Positions 9,896-17,474 of a stretch of 37,982 bases of DNA are shown piece after piece. The DNA lies in the IMG/VR virus record IMGVR_UViG_3300020161_000567, positions 1 through 37,982 of that record; one strand, written 5' to 3'. The notes below the pieces were generated by a model that saw nothing but the letters and a program-made list of their open reading frames with translations, was not told the origin of the DNA and searched no databases. Source of the DNA: a virus. Taxonomy: Duplodnaviria > Caudoviricetes. Within the stretch, counting starts at the first letter, position 1; each line of letters starts with the position of its first letter. The position numbers and the translations under genes were made by a program.

Positions 9896-10378
9896 TTATG
9901 CGATCTGATACAGCGCCCAAGTGGTAGCACTGGCCTTACGAGCGCGATAGCGCTGTGTAGTTCCAGCAACAGCCGCAATGGTCATCAGACCCTGACTACC
10001 AGAGGTGCCGATTGACCAGCCCGTGTTGGTCGTCACAGTAATGACGCCAGAGCTAGAACCATCGACGTTGATGATCGAAAAGTCGAAGGTTGCGCCAACC
10101 TTAACGACCGCTATGAGTTCGGCTTCAAGATTAGCAACAGTCGGAAGCGTGTAAGCTGCCGCTGAAGCGCCTGGGCTGCCAAGGATCAAGCCGCCGACGA
10201 CCTGTGCAGCCGTAAGCGTAGCCGCGCCAGCGGGAATAGCCGCAGGGGTTGGCGTGTTGATGAAATTGGTGCCGGACAGATTACCGTCACCTACCTGGTA
10301 GCCACCTTCGCCGTTAGGTAAAGAGCCGTAAGGGCCAAACGTCTCAAGCGGATAAGCCGCATTTGCAGTAGTTGTCAT
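9896..10378 (-). CDS. Putative capsid decoration protein
   Basis: 160 aa, Ala/Thr/Gly-rich; immediately downstream of the coat gene; GGAG RBS. Confidence 0.6.
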   Translation of the reverse strand: MTTTANAAYPLETFGPYGSLPNGEGGYQVGDGNLSGTNFINTPTPAAIPAGAATLTAAQVVGGLILGSPGASAAAYTLPTVANLEAELIAVVKVGATFDFSIINVDGSSSGVITVTTNTGWSIGTSGSQGLMTIAAVAGTTQRYRARKASATTWALYQIA

Positions 10379-10390
10379 GGGTTAAACTCC

Positions 10391-10425
10391 AAAAAGATAG
10401 GAAAGGATGGCTCCGTAGAGCCATC
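10391..10425 (-). terminator. Hairpin / terminator after the major capsid gene (UACG tetraloop)
   Basis: GATGGCTC-TACG-GAGCCATC followed by CTTTCCTATCTTTTT. Confidence 0.65.
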
Positions 10426-10430
10426 GCTTA

Positions 10431-11627
10431 TTAGCCCCAAAGGCGAACGGCCATCTGCGGACGAATCACGCTGTAGCCATAGAGCACGTCAATACGGCAA
10501 GGCAGACGGTCGTTGTTGATGTCATACTGACGAACAACGCGGAGCGAAATGCCATTGTGGACTTGACGGCTTGCCATATCGACACCCTGCGGAAGCAAGA
10601 GATCGGCGGTAGCGAAGCTGATCGCGTCACGGTGATAGATCAAGTTCTGTGGATACTGCGTTGAGGCAGCGCCGAGGAACGTGACAGCCGCGCCGGAAAC
10701 CGGCAGAGCGTCAACCGTAGCGAGAGCCTGACCAGCCGAATACATCGCAGGAACAGTGACCGAAGCCGTCGTTGACGCCGTAACGTCAGCAAGAGCAACG
10801 AACTGATAGAGCGAGCCGGTTGACTCACGGGTCTGCGGGTTGACAGCGAAGACGCTACCGATGGTGAACACGTCGCCAGCTTTAACAACCGTCGAGCCAA
10901 GGCCAGTCAGAACAACGGTGGTCGAACCTTCAGCCGTGACCGTCGCATTGACTGTAACAGTGCCTGTGCGCGAGCCAGTCGTGAACTGCTTGATTGACTG
11001 AGACATGTTCAGCTCATCATAGCCAAGGATGCCTTCACCAAACATGCCGTTCTTGAACTGCTTGCTGATAGCGGACACAGGGTTAAACAAGCCCTTCATG
11101 CCTTCGATCAACGCAGCGTTAGCGGCTGGATTGACGGTAGCATAACGAGGCTGCATGACAGCGGCGTTCTCGTTGAGCTTTTGCTGCGCTTGCAGCAATA
11201 CCAAGGAGGTAGCAGGCGTGGTGCCTGGGGTGCCGACTGAGTTGCCGATGTATTTGAAGCTGTTTGCAACGTCTGCGTCGATAGAAGACGCAAGCTGCGA
11301 AATACGAGGCTTCAGAACACGTTCAGCGAAGTCGTCCAACTGCATGGTCAATTCGGCAGTTGTGAAGTTCACGCCGATGTGCTTCTGGCTGGTGACAGCG
11401 AGCGTGGTGTATTGCTCGTTGTCGTCCTGAACCTGAAGGGCAGCGCCGTCCGTAACCAGTGCGCGGTCAGGAAGACGGATGCGGAGGGTCGAGCCGATCT
11501 TAGCGCCTTCTACAGCGAAAGAGTCGTCATATTGGCGGTTGACAGTACGCGTCAAGACTAAGGAGTTTTCGAGGATCTCCAAAGCCTTCCTCGTTATCAT
11601 GTCGATAGTGAGAATTGAGTTTGACAT
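10431..11627 (-). CDS. Major capsid protein (P22 gp5-like coat)
   Basis: 398 aa; MSNSILTIDMITRKAL...VNRQYDDSF...KIGSTLRIRLP and RIDVLYG motifs. Confidence 0.92.
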   Translation of the reverse strand: MSNSILTIDMITRKALEILENSLVLTRTVNRQYDDSFAVEGAKIGSTLRIRLPDRALVTDGAALQVQDDNEQYTTLAVTSQKHIGVNFTTAELTMQLDDFAERVLKPRISQLASSIDADVANSFKYIGNSVGTPGTTPATSLVLLQAQQKLNENAAVMQPRYATVNPAANAALIEGMKGLFNPVSAISKQFKNGMFGEGILGYDELNMSQSIKQFTTGSRTGTVTVNATVTAEGSTTVVLTGLGSTVVKAGDVFTIGSVFAVNPQTRESTGSLYQFVALADVTASTTASVTVPAMYSAGQALATVDALPVSGAAVTFLGAASTQYPQNLIYHRDAISFATADLLLPQGVDMASRQVHNGISLRVVRQYDINNDRLPCRIDVLYGYSVIRPQMAVRLWG

Positions 11628-11634
11628 AACCTAA

Positions 11635-12414
11635 TTACCTACGGTGTTGCGCTTCCCACTTCTTGATCTGTCGCAACCGTTCGGCTTCAATCCATTCTGA
11701 CGTTGACATCGACTTTGTTGCCCGTGGGTCAGTCGTATCATATCTAGGGCCGGAGCTTGACCGAGTAGCCGTGACGGGAGCAAGAGGAGCTGGCGCAGTT
11801 GAAGTGCGTTTTGTCGGCGGATCAGCGGCCAGTTTGGCCTCAAGTCTACCGATCTCCTTTGCCTGCAAAATCGGCGGCAAATTGGCGATCCGTTGAGCCT
11901 CTTTCGGATTGGAGCCTAAGTGATAAATCACTTCGGGGCCAATGTCTGAAGCCTGGATGGCTTGAGCCATATAGTCCGTTACGGGGAGGTTCGGATTATA
12001 CGCGACTTGTTCAAAGTCATCGTATCTATCGCGGGCTTCCTCTTCACGATCTCTATATGTATCAAGCAGAGCTGCCTGTTGTTTTGCGGACTCTCGTTGT
12101 GCCAGAAGCTCTTGAGCTTTTTGCTCCGCCAATGCTTCCGCATAGGCATGAGCGTTCTCAAAGTCATCTGGCGCTGGGGGAGGTGCAACTGGCTTTCTAG
12201 CCTGTTGTTCCGCAATCCTTTCAGCGAACTCTCGTTCCAATTTACGTCGTTGTCTTTTCAGGCGCGTCTCAACTACATCTTCTACTTGTTTTTCAGTAAA
12301 AGTCTTAAGTTGAGCTTGTTCCTCCGGCGATATTTCCACAGATTCAGGAGCTGCCGTGGCTTCCTGTTCTGGCCCGGTGCTGATCTCCGTTACAGCCTGT
12401 TCTTCGTCGCTCAA
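11635..12414 (-). CDS. Capsid scaffolding protein
   Basis: 259 aa; acidic N-terminus, coiled coil, Pro-rich linker, C-terminal helix MSTSEWIEAER; directly upstream of coat; TTG start with AAGGA RBS. Confidence 0.85.
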   Translation of the reverse strand: MSDEEQAVTEISTGPEQEATAAPESVEISPEEQAQLKTFTEKQVEDVVETRLKRQRRKLEREFAERIAEQQARKPVAPPPAPDDFENAHAYAEALAEQKAQELLAQRESAKQQAALLDTYRDREEEARDRYDDFEQVAYNPNLPVTDYMAQAIQASDIGPEVIYHLGSNPKEAQRIANLPPILQAKEIGRLEAKLAADPPTKRTSTAPAPLAPVTATRSSSGPRYDTTDPRATKSMSTSEWIEAERLRQIKKWEAQHRR

Positions 12415-12463
12415 GGCAACTTCCTTTCTGCCTAGCTATCCGGCTAGTCGGTAACGTGTAGTA

Positions 12464-12601
12464 TTACTCTTTAGGCGTCTGATCGTCAACGGCCTGTTTT
12501 TGTATCTCCGCAATCAATTCAACTACTTCAATGTAAGGCCGTTGGCCCAAGACGTTGAGGATGTGAGTCCATTGTTGCGTTGTAAGTTCAATCTTCATCA
12601 T
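12464..12601 (-). CDS. Small hypothetical protein (45 aa, MMKIELTTQQWTHILNVLGQRPYIEVVELIAEIQKQA...)
   Basis: Translated by hand; ATGA overlap with the upstream gene; fills the operon gap. Confidence 0.7.
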   Translation of the reverse strand: MMKIELTTQQWTHILNVLGQRPYIEVVELIAEIQKQAVDDQTPKE

Positions 12602-13032
12602 ACTTCCAGACTGTTTGCGTCGATAAACATTTGATCGACTTGTGCGTCCGTCAAATTAAGTGTTGCGGCCAAAGATGCAATAGACTTAGAGTTTCTGTCG
12701 GCAAAATTTCCATATTCCCAAACATTTTTAAGCGCATTATCAGTTGACGCCGTGATAGCTGCTTGAGCTTGGTCAAATAAATTGTCATTTTGGAGCACAG
12801 TTCTGACCGCCCACATAGGCACTTGTTGAGGTATTGGCGTTGCAGGTTGATCCATCATCCAGGGGATAAGTTTAACACCGTCATAATCAATATCTATCTC
12901 AGGAGAGTAAACTACAGCCCCATTCGGACAATAGATAGGGTTAGGCACACCGGGGCATTGCCCCCATATGCCGCCCCATTCTTGAATAATTGCGCCTGTT
13001 TCATCGACAAGCTGATAACCTACTTGTTCCAT
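12598..13032 (-). CDS. Hypothetical protein, possible fibre assembly/chaperone
   Basis: 144 aa following the Gly-rich fibre; C-terminal LNLTDAQVDQMFIDA motif is common in fibre-associated genes. Confidence 0.55.
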   Translation of the reverse strand: MEQVGYQLVDETGAIIQEWGGIWGQCPGVPNPIYCPNGAVVYSPEIDIDYDGVKLIPWMMDQPATPIPQQVPMWAVRTVLQNDNLFDQAQAAITASTDNALKNVWEYGNFADRNSKSIASLAATLNLTDAQVDQMFIDANSLEV

Positions 13033-13034
13033 TT

Positions 13035-14399
13035 TTACATTCCCAACATAGGTATGTTTAATAAAATTGAGGGAGGGCTATATTGAACAACAATCAAACC
13101 TTGTTTTCCTGAACCCACATTACCATTAGCGCCTAATCCAACACCTGGCCCACCACCACCCGCGCCGTAGTCTCCTCCTGCACCGCCATTTCCTAGCCCC
13201 ACCGAATTTTTACCTGACCCACCACCACCACCGCCGCCAGTTCCATGTGTTGTGTCATATTCTTGCCCCGCACCGCCTGCACCACCATTTGCCACATTAA
13301 CGCCATCGCCGGTAGCCGCGCCGCCGCCGCCGCCAGAACTAGAACTACTTGCACTACCATTGGTAGGAGGCATTCCTGCCGAACCGCCAGTTCCTGCTAC
13401 CGTGCCCGATGTATTTGCGCCTAATCCGCCTGCGCTGGCTGGTGCGCCGTTTGTGCCGCCGCCGCCTCCACCGCCGGAACCACCCGAAACGTCAGAGTTA
13501 TTGCCATTTCCGCCTGAACCACCATTACCATTTGGGCCACCTGACCCACCACCGCCAGGGCCACCATTAGACGCTGATCCAAAATTACCCCCCGCACCGC
13601 CAGAATATTTAGTATTTCCCGTCCCTGTTGCGTATCCAGACGCAGACGCGCCGCCCGCACCGCCAGTCCCTGACGTCGGCGTTGCGCCGCCTTTAGCACC
13701 GCAGGCCTGCCCAGAAGAAGGAAAAGAAGCCGAGTTGAAATAAGTATCACCTGCAACGCCACCAACTGTATAGCTAACCGATGCGCCCGCTGTTAATGAA
13801 AGATTTACTGATTTGGAAAACCCGCCGCCGCCGCCGCCGCCACTATAGGTTCCATTACTCGCACCGTTTCCGCCGCCGCCTACACAAGCGACAAAATTAC
13901 TCGCGGTGAAGTTATTAGGTATGGTGTCTGATCCTGACGCAGTGAAATAATATGGTGCGTTATTTATCGGCCCCCAGAATAAATATTCACCTTCCGATAT
14001 AAAAGGAGGTAAGTATTTATGGTGCGGAAAGTCTTCAGGGGCAATCCATTCTTGTTGCGAATCAACATTAGTGCTTAAAAATACGCATACATCAAAGCGA
14101 TACGCCAAATCTTTAGGTAAATCTTCGTGCCATTGTGGGGAGCATAAGCCCCATAAATGCTTTTCATGTCGGATACTGCCGGTTGCTATCGCATGAAGCA
14201 CAGCGTCCGCGTCGTCACGATCATCAAACCAAAATTTATAAAACGATGTTTTATTGACCGCAATCAGACAAAACCTAGTTACATTTTCATTTCCTAAATG
14301 ATCTTTCGCTTGCGCCCGTGAAGGCACAACCCATTTTGACCTATGGACTGGAAGTAAAAATTTACTGCGCGGAATATTTTTATCCGGCAAAATAATCAT
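13035..14399 (-). CDS. Glycine-rich fibre/adhesin protein with a distinct globular N-terminal domain
   Basis: 454 aa; residues ~170-440 have many GGGGG and GGxGG tracts. Confidence 0.7.
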   Translation of the reverse strand: MIILPDKNIPRSKFLLPVHRSKWVVPSRAQAKDHLGNENVTRFCLIAVNKTSFYKFWFDDRDDADAVLHAIATGSIRHEKHLWGLCSPQWHEDLPKDLAYRFDVCVFLSTNVDSQQEWIAPEDFPHHKYLPPFISEGEYLFWGPINNAPYYFTASGSDTIPNNFTASNFVACVGGGGNGASNGTYSGGGGGGGFSKSVNLSLTAGASVSYTVGGVAGDTYFNSASFPSSGQACGAKGGATPTSGTGGAGGASASGYATGTGNTKYSGGAGGNFGSASNGGPGGGGSGGPNGNGGSGGNGNNSDVSGGSGGGGGGGTNGAPASAGGLGANTSGTVAGTGGSAGMPPTNGSASSSSSGGGGGAATGDGVNVANGGAGGAGQEYDTTHGTGGGGGGGSGKNSVGLGNGGAGGDYGAGGGGPGVGLGANGNVGSGKQGLIVVQYSPPSILLNIPMLGM

Positions 14400-16828
14400 T
14401 GCAGCGCCTTAATAACATATGTTGAGGTGCTGTTAATACGCAGCACAGAAACTATAAATTTATTTCCGTTAGTTGTTGTTAATGGATCGCCAGTATTTCC
14501 AGAAGCAACGGTAAATCCTGTAAAAGTTGTTGCGCCAGCCGATGCGCCATTCGTTACAAGAATATCAACTGCACAATCGGAAGCAGGATTTGTAATTGTG
14601 TATGCGCCATTGTTGGTCACATACTGATAGTTTCCATTAGCTGGCGTTACAGTAAAGCTGCCTGTTGATATGCTGGCAGGTGTTACGGTGTATCCTATTG
14701 TGATTGTGTTGGTTGTATTGGTCGTAAGAACTGCCCCTGCCGAACCAACATTGATACCAAGAGCAGTAAGAACACCTGTGCCTGTCGTTGTCGTAGATGG
14801 GCCAGTGCCTGACCCGCCGCCGATCACAAGAGCATTAGCCGTAAGAGCTGCCGCTGGAGCTAATAAACCGCCTGCCGTATTAACAGCATTGCCGATAGCC
14901 GTAACAACGCCAGAACCAGTGGTCGTTGTAGATGGGCCGGTGCCAGATCCGCCACCAATAACAATCGCACTGGCTGTAAGAGCCGCAGCCGGAGCTAACA
15001 GACCGCCCGCTGTGTTGACTGCATTGCCGATAGCCGTAACAACGCCAGAACCAGTGGTCGTTGTAGATGGGCCGGTGCCAGATCCGCCGCCAAGGACGAT
15101 AGAACTAGCCGCTAATGCCGCCGAAGACGCGAGTGTGCCTGTAGCGCTGTAATAGAGAACGCCGCCTGACGTGCCGCTCGTTAATCCAGTGCCGCCATTA
15201 GCAACAGCTACGGTGCCGGTAACATTAGACGCGGTGCCAGTCGTGTTTTGGTTAAATGTGGGCCAAGTAAATGTGCCCGTTGAGAAATCACCTGAAGTAG
15301 GCGTGCCAAGAGCTGGCGTAATAAGCGTTGGCGATGTAGCAAGAACGACATCACCTGTGCCAGTTACAGCCTTCTCGCCGACTGTGCCTGCGTTATCGTA
15401 AAGAACACGACCAGATGTGCCGCCTGTGATCGTCGTCGTATTGATCGTTACGGTGCCGCCGCCTAGCGCCCAAGATGTATTACCAGCGCCGTCCGTGGAC
15501 AACACATATCCGTTGGTGCCTGGGCCTGTTGGTAGCGTTAATGTCCAAGCGGCGCTATTATTGCCGGAAGCCAGTGATACCGAGTCGGCGCTGGCTGAAT
15601 TATAGAGCTTTAGCGAACCGCTGGTTGTAGATGCAACACCCAACGAAACAGTCGCGGTGCCATCGAACGTAAACCCAGGCATACCGCCAAACGCACCAGC
15701 GTTATTATACTGAACCTGCGTGGTAGACCCGCCAGGTGACCCACCACCGCCACCACCGCCTGCCGCCCATGACAGGATACCGTTCGTGTCGGTCTGAAGG
15801 TAATAGCCGTTGACAGGTGCAGCCGCAGGAAAGGTCAGCGTATAATTAGCTGCGGTGGTATTTGAGGATTGCAGCGTAACCGTATTGGCGCTTGTGTTGG
15901 ATAGAACCAGTGTGCCGCGTGTCGAACTAGCCGTGCCAAGCGTAACCTGAGACGTGAAAGTTGGGCTAGTTGCGAAGACTAGAGGCCCAGATCCCGTCTC
16001 ATCAGTGACAGCCGCTGCAAGGTTAGCCGATGAAGGCGTGCCGAGCCATGTAGCAATGCCTGTCCCAAGGCCGTCAACGCCTGTGCTAATAGGTAATCCC
16101 GTCGCATTTGTCAGAGTCCCTGACGATGGGGTGCCTAATGCACCGCCATTAACAACGAAAGCGCCCGCAGAGCCGACATTTACTGCTAATGCAGTCGCTA
16201 CGCCTGTTCCAAGACCTGTTAGCCCGCTAGATGGATAGCCTGTGCAGTTTCCTAAATTACCGCTGCTAGGCGTGCCAAGAGCACCATTAAATGTAACAAA
16301 CGCGCCTGCCGAGCCAACATTGACAGCCAAGGCAGTCAAAACGCCCGTGCCGGTGCCTGTTAAATTCCCGACCGCATAGCCTGTGCAGCTCGATAAAATG
16401 CCGCTGCTAGGTGTGCCAAGTGCAGGCGACACCAATGTTGGAGACGCGGCTAGGACGATAGCGCCAGAGCCGGTCGTTGAGTTACCAAGCGCCGTGACTG
16501 TGCCGCTGGTTGGGAACGTCAGCGTGGTCGTGCCGGTGAACGTGAAGGTGCTAGAATAAGCGCCAGATGTAACAAAAGTAGAGTTATCCGCCAGCGTGAG
16601 CGTTGCGCCGGTCGCTGGAGCCGTCATTGTAATCTTATTGACGCTGCCGTTTAGGACTAAATTACCGCTTTTATCGACGACAAAAGAGGCCGTAGAAGCC
16701 CCTGTAACAGTCAAATTCAGTAGGTTTGACGACGCTGACGAACCAGAGTTGGTAACGGCTAATTTAATGCCGTTCCACGTAGTTGCAGCATCATTCCATG
16801 TGTCGCTAAGATTATAAATAAAGGCCAT
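14396..16828 (-). CDS. Long repeat-rich fibre protein (tail or head fibre)
   Basis: 810 aa, Gly/Thr/Ala/Ser-rich; SPTLxxPALGTP and GLGTGVATAL repeats; TTQVQYNNAGAFGG motif. Confidence 0.75.
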   Translation of the reverse strand: MAFIYNLSDTWNDAATTWNGIKLAVTNSGSSASSNLLNLTVTGASTASFVVDKSGNLVLNGSVNKITMTAPATGATLTLADNSTFVTSGAYSSTFTFTGTTTLTFPTSGTVTALGNSTTGSGAIVLAASPTLVSPALGTPSSGILSSCTGYAVGNLTGTGTGVLTALAVNVGSAGAFVTFNGALGTPSSGNLGNCTGYPSSGLTGLGTGVATALAVNVGSAGAFVVNGGALGTPSSGTLTNATGLPISTGVDGLGTGIATWLGTPSSANLAAAVTDETGSGPLVFATSPTFTSQVTLGTASSTRGTLVLSNTSANTVTLQSSNTTAANYTLTFPAAAPVNGYYLQTDTNGILSWAAGGGGGGGSPGGSTTQVQYNNAGAFGGMPGFTFDGTATVSLGVASTTSGSLKLYNSASADSVSLASGNNSAAWTLTLPTGPGTNGYVLSTDGAGNTSWALGGGTVTINTTTITGGTSGRVLYDNAGTVGEKAVTGTGDVVLATSPTLITPALGTPTSGDFSTGTFTWPTFNQNTTGTASNVTGTVAVANGGTGLTSGTSGGVLYYSATGTLASSAALAASSIVLGGGSGTGPSTTTTGSGVVTAIGNAVNTAGGLLAPAAALTASAIVIGGGSGTGPSTTTTGSGVVTAIGNAVNTAGGLLAPAAALTANALVIGGGSGTGPSTTTTGTGVLTALGINVGSAGAVLTTNTTNTITIGYTVTPASISTGSFTVTPANGNYQYVTNNGAYTITNPASDCAVDILVTNGASAGATTFTGFTVASGNTGDPLTTTNGNKFIVSVLRINSTSTYVIKALQ
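14886..15088. repeat. 135-bp-period intragenic tandem repeat (45-aa unit, about 3 copies)
   Basis: 68-nt exact duplication at 14886-14953 and 15021-15088; a third diverged copy lies at ~14760-14820. Confidence 0.9.
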
Positions 16829-16833
16829 TTAGG

Positions 16834-17103
16834 TCACTCGTAGAAGATCGTCACATTCGGATTTGTGCCGCCGAGAACGACATAAAGACCCTTGCTTAAA
16901 GTGACACCTTCAGGCGCAAACAGATAATTGTTTGGAACTGCGCTAGTAAAAGTGGATACAACAACAGGATCTGAGGTCGAAGCCGTAGCCGAGTCATAGA
17001 TTGCGATGGTCGGTGTCGTGCCGCTAGAGACGAAAACGCCCTTTACCTTGGCAAGTCCTATTTTAACTTGCGAAGTGGCGGTAAGATTTAGAGCATATGC
17101 CAT
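16834..17103 (-). CDS. Small hypothetical virion protein
   Basis: 89 aa, beta-rich; GAGG RBS; within the late operon. Confidence 0.6.
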   Translation of the reverse strand: MAYALNLTATSQVKIGLAKVKGVFVSSGTTPTIAIYDSATASTSDPVVVSTFTSAVPNNYLFAPEGVTLSKGLYVVLGGTNPNVTIFYE

Positions 17104-17111
17104 TATGAACC

Positions 17112-17474
17112 TCAGGCTAGGAATTTGAGCTTGTATAATGTCTTCAAATAAAGACCAACTATTTCGTCGATAATGTTCTGAATAGCCGTATCATCTTTCT
17201 CGCAGACCTTGTAGCGCAAATCCTCGACATCTTTCATTGAATCTTCGAGAAATTCAACAACATTGGTCGTTTTCTTCGCTGAGTGTAGCGTAATCGGGCC
17301 GATCAGTCCATGACGCCCTTGGTAGGCTTCGGCTAAATCGTCTGCTAAACCGATAACTTTGCTGTAAAACCCGCCTAAAGCCTTATGTTTTGCATAAGAA
17401 CGGGTGTTTAAATGCACGCTATGAGTCACATCGCGGGCTAAAAAAAGGTGTCCTATTAGATCCGCGCAGCTCAT
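17112..17474 (-). CDS. Ferritin/Dps-like four-helix protein (DUF5856-like)
   Basis: 120 aa; H-x2-HLNT-x4-HKALGGFY...DDLAEAYQG pattern and C-terminal YKLKFL. Confidence 0.65.
   Translation of the reverse strand: MSCADLIGHLFLARDVTHSVHLNTRSYAKHKALGGFYSKVIGLADDLAEAYQGRHGLIGPITLHSAKKTTNVVEFLEDSMKDVEDLRYKVCEKDDTAIQNIIDEIVGLYLKTLYKLKFLA

Noticed and set aside
14886-15088. DGR template/variable repeat pair
   Set aside because: No reverse transcriptase; the copies are in-frame tandem units within one gene
13252-16817. Plus-strand Pro/Val-rich ORFs
   Set aside because: Antisense shadows of Gly/Thr-rich fibre codons with no RBS
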